Below, piece by piece: positions 38,690-48,014 of a DNA stretch of 64,000 bases. Positions within the stretch are counted from its first letter, which is position 1. Each line of letters begins with the position of its first letter. The notes below the pieces were generated by a model. It did not search any database and was not told the DNA's origin. It saw only the letters and a program-made list of their open reading frames with translations. Source of the DNA: a virus. The stretch is from positions 9,744 through 73,743 of the IMG/VR virus record IMGVR_UViG_3300029827_000121; one strand, written 5' to 3'. Both the position numbers and the translations under genes were made by a program.

Positions 38690-41374
38690 TTAACTCGGCT
38701 TTTCAGTCATTTGTGACAATGCAGTTTCAGTTCCTTTTTGTATAATAGTAGCCAGATCAAGATAAACATTATTCTTACTTTGTGGATCATACAATTTAAT
38801 CGTATCATCGGAATTTAATCCTAAAATGATGAACGTTCCTTTACTTGTCTCAACCATTTTCCCGGTATTATTACTTACCGCTTCCCTGATTTCCCTTGCG
38901 GCGTTTGTATACGCTTCCGTTCGAGCCGCCGCCTCATTACTGCCCTTCCTTGAATTCTTGGTATATTCACTATTGGCATTGAGAACACGGTTTAAATCCT
39001 CTTCCACCATAAAAAATTTATCGGCTCTTTTATCTCCGCTTGCTTTCGCTTCAAGTATCTTGTTTAAATCTTCCTCGCCTATATTCGGCCTTGATCCTCC
39101 CAAACTCAAATCACCATCGGGATAACTGGTTTCAATCCTTTCCCAAAATTGGATTCCGTATCTTTTCGCGTCCCATTCATCCATTTCTTTTGTATCAAGA
39201 GGGAGTCTTCCCGTTTCATCAAAAAAAGCCTGTACATCCGCTTCCGAATAATCCGATCCGGCCTTTTTAAATCTTGCCGCCACGGTTTGCACCGTTTCGG
39301 TCGTACCTTCACCCTCCGTCGTCGTTGTTCCCGTCTGGTTATTCACCGTTACCGTATCGCCCGATACGATATCCTTGTAAATGTAATTTGAACTTTCATT
39401 TACGATATATCCCTTATCGGCGTTTTCACCTAAAAACTTGTTGGCGTCAACGATGTTATCAAACGATTGTACAAATTTTCCAGTTTCATCAGTTACGTTA
39501 TAAACCGGTTTGATGTCGAATTCAAGTTCTCCGGTAAGTCCTTTGGTAAATGTCTGACTGATTAATTCAGCCGCTTCAGGATCTGTTCTTAGTAAATTCT
39601 GATAACGTTTAGATTGTTCAATGGCATCCCATTCTTTATCCAACTCATTCCATTTAAGACCTTGAAACATTCTCGCCGCATTGCCTTCGGAATCCTCCCA
39701 TCCACCTCCAAGCGTTTCAATAAGATTTAATCCTTCAGCGCTGGCTTTGGCTTCCTCCCATGTATCATAAGTCGAAGCCAGTGTTGCCATATCCGTCAAT
39801 GCTCCGGCGAATCTTTCCGCCCCGATATCGTTAATAAGCTGATCAACATCAAAAGTAACGTCATAACCCATGAACGGAAAAAGTTCTTTGAGTATGCGTT
39901 GCGCCTTGACGATATTATCGGGATCTTGAGACTGAAGCAGCATATTCGAATATTGTAGATTACGTTCCCACGTTCGTTCTCCAAGCGGAGTCGCATCCAG
40001 CATCTTCATGTATTCTGAAGTTGAAATTTCTCCCATTCCATAATATCTCGCTCGATCATTGATCGCTTCAAGCGACGATCCACCATTAATCATTTCCTGA
40101 AGCGAATTGTATATCTCATCGCCCACTCTGTTTTTCAATGACAATAGTTCGGAATCGTATCTCGCGGCGATTGAATCCCTGTCGTCATCAGTAAATTCCG
40201 TACCATATTGAGAATTAATGGTATCAACCGGAATACCACTATTTATATCCCTTACGACGGATTGCATTTCCGCATCATTCAATCCGTATCGGGCGGCATC
40301 ATTTGCGATATCACCTGCGGTAATGGTTTGTTCGCGAGTTTTCAAAACATAATCGCGATCCTCCACGAATTGCGTATAATTGATAGTACGTCCCGTAATC
40401 TGTTTTACAAGCGCCGCATAATTGTCATAATCTCCGGCATTAAGAAATTGTTGGGCATCATTCCATTTATCGCTTTTCTTAAGCTGATATAAATTTTCAC
40501 TTGCCGTTTGATTCGCTATATCCATGCTTTGAAGTTGCCGCGCTTTATACTCCCTCGCCGTTGTATAATCCTCTTCAGTGGCATCCGGATATTTCTGCTT
40601 CCACGTTTCATATGATGTGGTTTGCGCGTCATCAGCCATACGGGCAAATGCCTGATCGCCATATTTTTGTCTTTCAAAATCCATCCCCCGCGCTGTAGCC
40701 ACTTCTCCGGGCAATTGTCGTGCGGCAGTAAACGCCTGTTCCGATTCCTGCTTTCTCAAATTAGACATAAGCTCATTTTCCTGAGCACCAATCTGTCTTC
40801 CCAGCCGCGCCTCTTCCGTAGCAGCTTCCCTACCTTTTATCCCCATCTGCGCCTGTTCCTGAGCCAAAGCACCTTTCGCCGCGACCGCCTCACCGGCAAA
40901 ACGTTCCCGCTCCCCTTCTCTGATAGCGGTATTCACTGGACTTTCATAATCGGCGTACCGTTCAAGACGCTGCAATCCACGGGTAGTATATGGTTTATAT
41001 GTATCATCAATGATGGTATTATCATCGGGAGATTTCCCCAACTGATAACCCTTCATATTATTTTCACGTTCCATAGTCTGGAGATTTTCCTGTCCTCCCA
41101 ATTGCGACGCGGGAATAACACCAAATTGACCATCAGATTCGATATTCACCTGTTCGCCTTCATGAACGGTTTTCGGTCCCTGATTGGTATTCAATATGCC
41201 GGTCGGTCTTTCCGGTTGCAACTGTTTGTCATTGCCATATCCCGTGAAAAAAGATTGCTTGCCGGGAAGACCGATTACTCCCAACCGGTCCCAAAGAGCA
41301 TCGATATTCTCTTTCTGACGTTCCTCTTCCGTTTTCTGGTTTCTGGCCAGAAATGGATAATTGCTCGAAGTCAT
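38690..41374 (-). CDS. Internal virion protein (894 aa)
   Basis: Acidic helical protein in the ejection-protein block. Confidence 0.55.
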   Translation of the reverse strand: MTSSNYPFLARNQKTEEERQKENIDALWDRLGVIGLPGKQSFFTGYGNDKQLQPERPTGILNTNQGPKTVHEGEQVNIESDGQFGVIPASQLGGQENLQTMERENNMKGYQLGKSPDDNTIIDDTYKPYTTRGLQRLERYADYESPVNTAIREGERERFAGEAVAAKGALAQEQAQMGIKGREAATEEARLGRQIGAQENELMSNLRKQESEQAFTAARQLPGEVATARGMDFERQKYGDQAFARMADDAQTTSYETWKQKYPDATEEDYTTAREYKARQLQSMDIANQTASENLYQLKKSDKWNDAQQFLNAGDYDNYAALVKQITGRTINYTQFVEDRDYVLKTREQTITAGDIANDAARYGLNDAEMQSVVRDINSGIPVDTINSQYGTEFTDDDRDSIAARYDSELLSLKNRVGDEIYNSLQEMINGGSSLEAINDRARYYGMGEISTSEYMKMLDATPLGERTWERNLQYSNMLLQSQDPDNIVKAQRILKELFPFMGYDVTFDVDQLINDIGAERFAGALTDMATLASTYDTWEEAKASAEGLNLIETLGGGWEDSEGNAARMFQGLKWNELDKEWDAIEQSKRYQNLLRTDPEAAELISQTFTKGLTGELEFDIKPVYNVTDETGKFVQSFDNIVDANKFLGENADKGYIVNESSNYIYKDIVSGDTVTVNNQTGTTTTEGEGTTETVQTVAARFKKAGSDYSEADVQAFFDETGRLPLDTKEMDEWDAKRYGIQFWERIETSYPDGDLSLGGSRPNIGEEDLNKILEAKASGDKRADKFFMVEEDLNRVLNANSEYTKNSRKGSNEAAARTEAYTNAAREIREAVSNNTGKMVETSKGTFIILGLNSDDTIKLYDPQSKNNVYLDLATIIQKGTETALSQMTEKPS

Positions 41375-41389
41375 TTTACATGTCCTTTA

Positions 41390-41824
41390 TTAGCACCCCA
41401 TGAACCATAATTTTTCCACGGTCGTTCCCTTGCGGTATATCCGACGATACACTTCCTCATGAAGAATGCCGCCGGTATATTCACCGACGGTAACGATATT
41501 GTTGTATTTCAATATCCCTTTGATATTATTTCCATTATCGTCATCACCCACCCGGATTTTCGTATCGTTGAATCGCGCCGCAATAATATGATCCATTCTC
41601 GTCGGAGTGCTGCCGTCCTGCAAAGTAAATACGTTCGGATCATTCGCAAGCACCCATGTCAAGTAAGCGCTGTTCGGATAATTCGGAGCGCCGACCAGTA
41701 CATTTTCAGGTTGCCGTACATTGCCGTGCGGATCGTTTCTTATTTCATCGATATCGCAATACTCCGGCGCATTTTTGTCTTTCGTTCGCAGCCACACATC
41801 ACTTACAGGGTAACATTTCAACAT
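41390..41824 (-). CDS. Hypothetical virion-module protein
   Basis: AAGGAG SD; co-oriented. Confidence 0.55.
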   Translation of the reverse strand: MLKCYPVSDVWLRTKDKNAPEYCDIDEIRNDPHGNVRQPENVLVGAPNYPNSAYLTWVLANDPNVFTLQDGSTPTRMDHIIAARFNDTKIRVGDDDNGNNIKGILKYNNIVTVGEYTGGILHEEVYRRIYRKGTTVEKLWFMGC

Positions 41825-42201
41825 CTTTCACTCCTTTACTGAGGATATACCCATTGATTTAATCGATCTATCTGCCGTTGCAATTCCTTTTGTTTGGCGG
41901 AAGTCTGTTTCGCCCATTCAATCAATTGCATCAACGATTCCGGATTTTTCGGATCGATCATATCCAATTGAATGTTTTGTGATTGAATTTCATTTCTTTG
42001 AGCCATTTTTTATTTTCGATGTCTGTTTTTTTAACTGATCATTTTCCTGTGCCAACGCAGCATAATTTTTGCATAAAAAAGTAATTACTCCATTTAATTC
42101 ATCAACTATTCTCCGTGTTCGCAATTCAATTTGTTCCAAACTGACCGGTTGTTGTTTCTGTTGAACATTCGTTTCATCGCCATTTGACATAAAGATTCTC
42201 C

Positions 42202-42504
42202 TCACGTAATATCTTCGTTTATACCTTCGACATAAAGATCTTTTAATTTATTCGCGAGCATTGTATTAAAATTGCTGTAATTTATCAATGCCGTATATAT
42301 TTCATGTGGCGTCCACGGCACATCTTTTTCAGAACCAAGATATTCTATATCCATTATTACAGGTGCTTTCATAACGCCGTTCTTCGCTATACCGATCATC
42401 TGCATTGAACCCGCATGATATTTACCCGTTTCCGGACAATATGCGGGAATTCGCATACGTACGGTAATCTCATCCATTTTCGTTGCCGTGTAATTTTTTG
42501 ACAT
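42202..42504 (-). CDS. Hypothetical protein (possible fibre chaperone)
   Basis: Directly downstream of the tail fibre. Confidence 0.5.
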   Translation of the reverse strand: MSKNYTATKMDEITVRMRIPAYCPETGKYHAGSMQMIGIAKNGVMKAPVIMDIEYLGSEKDVPWTPHEIYTALINYSNFNTMLANKLKDLYVEGINEDIT

Positions 42505-45351
42505 TTAAGCTCCCAACATTAAAACGTGATCCGGTAATGATGCATGACCGGAAGTTTCCCAAATTTCTCCCGCCGACGCCCCGGCAGCCACTTGTGTCGC
42601 ACCGGATTTGACCAGATATAAATAAACACCTCCATCGGATTCTATTCCAAGTGCAGAAGCACCGGCTCCGGCGGTTGTATTTGCGGAAGTATAGAAATAT
42701 ATCGCGGTCGGCGCATTCCCCGTTACCGATCCACGACTACCGATTAATAACAAATTTTGACTGACATTACATAAAGTTGCTAATATTGCCATTCCATCAG
42801 CGTCGGTATCGTATTGGGTACATTGAATATGACAACGTTTATTGGTATTATCGGTTCGTGTATTTAACCCTTCGTCAGCACCAAGAAAAATTGTTTTAGC
42901 ACTTGACCAAATATCTAATATTCCGCCTAATCTATTCTGTGCCGTTCCGTCTTGGTAAATGCCGTAATCGATACCGCTGGATTCGTTCAAATACAACATA
43001 TAGGACGTTCCGCCAATGGTGCCGTCAAGATCAGCAATTATCCGTACACCAAAAGCATCCCCGGTTATTTCATTCGCCGCTTCCTGATCAATACTGAAAT
43101 CTCCACAGCTCACATACCCCCATATTTTTCCACCATTTAAATCCAACAGATTATATGAGTGTATTATATTTCTTGAATTGGAGACATCTCCGATATTTCC
43201 ATCTTCAAATTGAAATTCGTTATAAACCCCCCTCGTACTTCCTATTGTTCCGCCAGCCTGATTCAGATTGTTATAATTATAAAAACCGTAAAAATAATCG
43301 TCCGCATCACTGGCCCCCGCTGTCTTAATCAATCTCTGATATATACCATAAAATGTATCTGTAAACGAAAGTGTGGCATCATCAATATTTATATACCGAT
43401 TCGGGTCTGCGGTAGTGTTAATCCCAAGCCATCCAACATTGTCAAGTTCTTGGCTGTTCCAGTCGAACGATGCCGCCGCATCCCCACTCAAATCGGCAAG
43501 CAGTTCAGCCCCGGTGCGATAATCGATATTATTGCTTGCATCAAGTACAAGAATTTTATTTGTATCAGTTCCGGCATCCGCACAAGTATTAAGTCTTACT
43601 GTGCCGGTAAATGCATGCGCTCCCGCTCCCACCAGTGTTGAATTGTAAACTAAATTGGAACCGTCGTAATAAATACCGGCATCCTGACCGTCGCCGAATA
43701 TTATCATATCAGTATCGGAATCGATTTGAATATCACCGTATATTCTGGCGGTCACCGTTGAAGCATTGCCGATTACGGTGGTATTGCTGCCGATACCGTT
43801 ACCTTGATATCCAATAACTATTTCATTGGTTTCGCCATTAGCAGCAGGTCGAGTATCAACTCCAATAAATATAGAATTACTTCCTGCTGTATTATTGCCT
43901 CCACCTACTATATAAGTTCCGGCATAATGTCCGATCCCTACATTATAATCTGGATCGACTATATTATATAAAGCTCTATAACCAATTCCACAATTAGAAT
44001 CTCCTCCCGCTAATGCATACAAAGCCTGGGTGGATATTCCGCAATTATATTCACCACCATCGCAATTGTAAAGAGCCTGACGTCCAATAGCAGTATTATA
44101 TCTACCTGTAGTATTTTTATATAAAGCTGAATAACCTATTCCAAGATTGCTCCCTCCGGTTGTACAAAGTGCCAGAGCATCTCTTCCTATAGCAATACAA
44201 TAAGGGGCATCCGTTAAACTTGTAAGAGCCTGCGGTCCAATAGCTATATTATTATATCCTAGAGCTACATTTAATAATGACTTCCATCCAATACCCAAAT
44301 TGTATGAAGCTTCAGAGATATTCGTTGCCGCCGCACCCATAATAAAATTACCGGCATCTTCTCCTATAAACAAATTATGTCCGACCGGAATTGCTCCCCC
44401 GCCGGTCGGATGCTTAAAATCATGTAAAAATCTGTCACCATTCTTTCTTACAACACCGGTAATCGCTGATATGGTATTTACCAAATCAATACAATTTGTC
44501 AAATCAACATAAGCACCATACAATGTCGCTACATTGGTAACATCCTGACTATTAAAAGAAAATGCCGCTCCCGCATCCCCGCTCAAATCAGCCAGTAATT
44601 CCGTACCGGTACGATAATCAATAAACCCTCCGGCATCCCTCACGAGAAATGCATTGACATCCGCTCCCGCATCGGCGCAAACATCAAGATATACCGCGCT
44701 GTTCAAATCAATCTGCGTATCCGCTTCCAGATCAAGATGCCCGTCGTTAAGCGACGCTATATAGATAGCCGCATCCCTGAATTGCAACTGCATGGTGGAA
44801 TTAATGCGTATACCGGTATCGGCGATATGGGTAAGTATTACTTCCTGATCGTCACCCAGATAAATAATTCCGCCATCCGCAAGATAAAGATCTGAAAATT
44901 CAAGAGCAGCGGTTCCAAGCGACGCTCCATCAGCCGCATTCGGCGTGAAATCAATCGTTGCCTGAATATGATCGGTAGTCAGCGTATTCGTACCGTAATT
45001 ATAGGTAAATGCCGCTTCGGCGGCCATGACGCCTCCGGCATTATACTGTACCTGCGTATCCGCTCCCGCGACTGCCGCCGCTCCCGGAGCGATCCAAGCA
45101 AGATTCCCCGCTCCATCGGTATACATGATTTCATTGGCAACGCCGTCGGCTGCGGGAAGCTGCCAAAGACTGTCTTCAACCATGGATATTTCAGAATCCC
45201 ATGTAAGCAACTGGTTGTTCGTCGGTTGATTGATAGTCGCTTTTGCTGACTTCAAATTGCGTATATCATCCGAAATGCCATTTATTTCCCTTTCCATTTT
45301 GGCAATGGCATTAAGTAGATCACGGGAATTAGTAATAATTGATTTCGTCAT
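42505..45351 (-). CDS. Tail fibre / adhesin with YadA-head-like NxxIGxxAL repeats
   Basis: About 10 tandem 14-aa repeats (NIAIGPQAL, NTAIGRQAL...); internal duplication CADAG..IDYRTG.ELLADLSGDA. Confidence 0.85.
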   Translation of the reverse strand: MTKSIITNSRDLLNAIAKMEREINGISDDIRNLKSAKATINQPTNNQLLTWDSEISMVEDSLWQLPAADGVANEIMYTDGAGNLAWIAPGAAAVAGADTQVQYNAGGVMAAEAAFTYNYGTNTLTTDHIQATIDFTPNAADGASLGTAALEFSDLYLADGGIIYLGDDQEVILTHIADTGIRINSTMQLQFRDAAIYIASLNDGHLDLEADTQIDLNSAVYLDVCADAGADVNAFLVRDAGGFIDYRTGTELLADLSGDAGAAFSFNSQDVTNVATLYGAYVDLTNCIDLVNTISAITGVVRKNGDRFLHDFKHPTGGGAIPVGHNLFIGEDAGNFIMGAAATNISEASYNLGIGWKSLLNVALGYNNIAIGPQALTSLTDAPYCIAIGRDALALCTTGGSNLGIGYSALYKNTTGRYNTAIGRQALYNCDGGEYNCGISTQALYALAGGDSNCGIGYRALYNIVDPDYNVGIGHYAGTYIVGGGNNTAGSNSIFIGVDTRPAANGETNEIVIGYQGNGIGSNTTVIGNASTVTARIYGDIQIDSDTDMIIFGDGQDAGIYYDGSNLVYNSTLVGAGAHAFTGTVRLNTCADAGTDTNKILVLDASNNIDYRTGAELLADLSGDAAASFDWNSQELDNVGWLGINTTADPNRYINIDDATLSFTDTFYGIYQRLIKTAGASDADDYFYGFYNYNNLNQAGGTIGSTRGVYNEFQFEDGNIGDVSNSRNIIHSYNLLDLNGGKIWGYVSCGDFSIDQEAANEITGDAFGVRIIADLDGTIGGTSYMLYLNESSGIDYGIYQDGTAQNRLGGILDIWSSAKTIFLGADEGLNTRTDNTNKRCHIQCTQYDTDADGMAILATLCNVSQNLLLIGSRGSVTGNAPTAIYFYTSANTTAGAGASALGIESDGGVYLYLVKSGATQVAAGASAGEIWETSGHASLPDHVLMLGA

Positions 45352-45357
45352 ATTCTA

Positions 45358-46818
45358 TCAATACATCGCACAGGTTGATTTTCCCTGATTTTCAATCACA
45401 TCATTGTATAACCATTCGATCGCATCCGCCGTCAATATTGATCCGACAATTCGCGGTTCAAATCCGATTACCGAACCGGAATAAAATTCAATAGGACCGG
45501 CATATGATCGATTCGTTTTCAAAAGCCGTGTATTCGCGAACGATTTGTTTTCATAAACTTCAACCGTCGTTTCATGTCGAATAATGACAATCATCGTCCA
45601 TTGCGTCAGTGCCGCGCTTAACGCGACCTTCCAGTTATTCACCCCATCATCCCAATCAAGATTCCATCCATATCCGTTTTTGATCAATTTGATTGTCAAA
45701 TCGGCATTGCTAATTATCGTACAGGGAGACGCCGGAGATTTTACCCATAACACGATACTGATATCTCCTGAGGGTAAATCCGTATCCACGCTCATACTTT
45801 CGGAAGCATTAAATACGATCGCCGATCGTGTATTCCCATCAGGACCGCCAATTACTCCGGAAAAACTTCCGGTTGTCCGCTGATTGCTTCCCTTATCCCA
45901 CGGCATTTTATGGGAACCATCTTCCAGATTTACAAGTTCAATACTTCTGCCGATCCATATGATCGAATCAGCCATCAACTCAGCCCATGTCTTTTCGCTC
46001 ATCTGCTTTTCGGGCGGTGCGGCGGCGGTATCGATCTGCTCATACCATTGCTGCATATTAACCAATCGCCACGGTGCTCCGACAAGTCTCAATCCGGCCT
46101 GTATACTTTCGCTTTCTATATGCCGGTCAGAAACAATCTGCGCTTTTCTCGGGAAATATTTTACTACCGCCCGATCATCAGGACTCGAATCCTCACGGAA
46201 ATACATGCTCGATTTGAAATTTTTCCTGAAACCGAATACATTATAATCGCCGGTATTTCTTCGATCTTTATACCATGGTTTTAAATTGGCATGACTTTCC
46301 GAATGTCGTAATTTAGCGGTCGCTTCAATGGGCGGAACATGCTCTCTAAATAGAATATCTGATTCAATTTCACTTCCACCATAATCCTCATTTCCGCCGT
46401 CAAGCCAGTGATCTTCCTTGCCCAGCCAGTAATGTTTGAACGAATCGCAATCGGTAACAATTATCCGCTCTTCATCATTGTTATCAAAAATTTTACAGGT
46501 TCCCACCAAACCGATCGCATTGGGATAATCACTCCCCTGATATTCACTCCAGCTTATTCCCTGTTTCTTTTCCTGCGGAACGCCTAATCGATAAATCCGG
46601 TCTGATTTGGTAACGTTCCTTCCGCCGGGAGCATAACTGTTTTCATATACATATATGTAATTAATTTTAGTTTCAGAAAAAAGATTGCCATCATCATCCC
46701 ATACTTCAAGTTTTACCGTATATACACCGGGCATCCGGTAAACATGAACCGGTTCTTTTTCATTGGACGTTTCGCCGTCACCGAACGTCCATAAATATTT
46801 AGTAATAACACCGCTCAT
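45358..46818 (-). CDS. Tail protein: N-terminal partial PKD + C-terminal LamG/ConA-like domain
   Basis: YLWTFGDG..PVHVY..PGVYTVKL; ISIVLWVK..QWTMIVI..VEVYEN. Confidence 0.75.
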   Translation of the reverse strand: MSGVITKYLWTFGDGETSNEKEPVHVYRMPGVYTVKLEVWDDDGNLFSETKINYIYVYENSYAPGGRNVTKSDRIYRLGVPQEKKQGISWSEYQGSDYPNAIGLVGTCKIFDNNDEERIIVTDCDSFKHYWLGKEDHWLDGGNEDYGGSEIESDILFREHVPPIEATAKLRHSESHANLKPWYKDRRNTGDYNVFGFRKNFKSSMYFREDSSPDDRAVVKYFPRKAQIVSDRHIESESIQAGLRLVGAPWRLVNMQQWYEQIDTAAAPPEKQMSEKTWAELMADSIIWIGRSIELVNLEDGSHKMPWDKGSNQRTTGSFSGVIGGPDGNTRSAIVFNASESMSVDTDLPSGDISIVLWVKSPASPCTIISNADLTIKLIKNGYGWNLDWDDGVNNWKVALSAALTQWTMIVIIRHETTVEVYENKSFANTRLLKTNRSYAGPIEFYSGSVIGFEPRIVGSILTADAIEWLYNDVIENQGKSTCAMY

Positions 46819-48011
46819 AATTTGAATGCCACTTCGAGAGGACGAACACCACTTCGAGGCGTACCGGTAAAGTCAAGCGTTACGGTGATGTAATCCTCTT
46901 TCGTTTCGGTATACAAACCATAAGAATAGGTTGAATTCAATGTAACTGTATAAATTCCCGGCGCATCATATCGGTGCGTCGGATTCTCTTCGGTGGAAAT
47001 CTTTCCGTCACCGAAATCCCAGAGATACGATATCGGCGAACCCGATGATTCATTAGTAAAATTAACGGTTAACGGATATATACCGCTTAAAGGAGAACCG
47101 CTGAATTCAGCGTACGGTTCGGCGGGTGATTCCCAAACGTCATTTAAATATGTCACTCCGGTATCCGGCGTCCCACCGAATATATAAAGCCTTTTATTGT
47201 GATGAACAAAACAAAAATCACTTCTTTCGGTATATGCGTTTATCTGTGCGATTTCAGTAAAATTAAATCCATCATCCGTTTCCCATACATCATGATATGA
47301 TGTACTGGTTGCCGTATTATAGCCGCCGACAATAGCTAAATTCTCACCTTCCTCATCTATCAAACCGCAATGTTCTCTTCTGACTCCATAAGCTGCGTTT
47401 CCAAGATTTACCCAATTAGCTCCATTATCTATCGATCGATAAACTACATGTGATGAAGCGCCGTTATCTCCATAATAACAGTATAAATTGCCTCCAAATG
47501 AAAACATTACATGTTCGCGAACCGCTTGCGGTAAATTCGCAACAAGTGCCCAATTAATCATATCCGATGTTTTGTATATATTTTGTCTATATCCTCCTCC
47601 GCCATAACCACCGGATAAATAGATTTCTCCCTTATGTAAACAGTATGCGAATTCATGGCGTACACTCCACGCGGCGGCAGCCGTTCTTTCCGTCCACGTT
47701 ATACAATCGGGAGAAGACCAGACATCATTTAAAAATGCCGCTTGTTCGGAACCGCCGAAAACCCAAAAAAGTCCATTAAAATAAACGAATCCGTGCGCCG
47801 CTCTCGCCGACCATCCGGGAGTATCGGTAAGAAGTTCCCATGATATTCCATCCTTAGTTCTCCATACTTCAGCGACTCTCACTCCTGCTGCATTCGTATT
47901 CCCACCGGTCATATAGATATAATCACCGACTGAAACGGCTCTCATCAATCTGCGTTCAGACCAAGGAGCGGCGGCAAGTTTCTGAGTCCAGTCATTAAGA
48001 ATAATAGGCAT
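46815..48011 (-). CDS. Kelch-repeat beta-propeller + PKD domain virion protein
   Basis: Repeated GG...DVW motifs; YLWDFGDG..NPTHRY..PGIYTVTL. Confidence 0.85.
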   Translation of the reverse strand: MPIILNDWTQKLAAAPWSERRLMRAVSVGDYIYMTGGNTNAAGVRVAEVWRTKDGISWELLTDTPGWSARAAHGFVYFNGLFWVFGGSEQAAFLNDVWSSPDCITWTERTAAAAWSVRHEFAYCLHKGEIYLSGGYGGGGYRQNIYKTSDMINWALVANLPQAVREHVMFSFGGNLYCYYGDNGASSHVVYRSIDNGANWVNLGNAAYGVRREHCGLIDEEGENLAIVGGYNTATSTSYHDVWETDDGFNFTEIAQINAYTERSDFCFVHHNKRLYIFGGTPDTGVTYLNDVWESPAEPYAEFSGSPLSGIYPLTVNFTNESSGSPISYLWDFGDGKISTEENPTHRYDAPGIYTVTLNSTYSYGLYTETKEDYITVTLDFTGTPRSGVRPLEVAFKL

Positions 48012-48014
48012 TTG

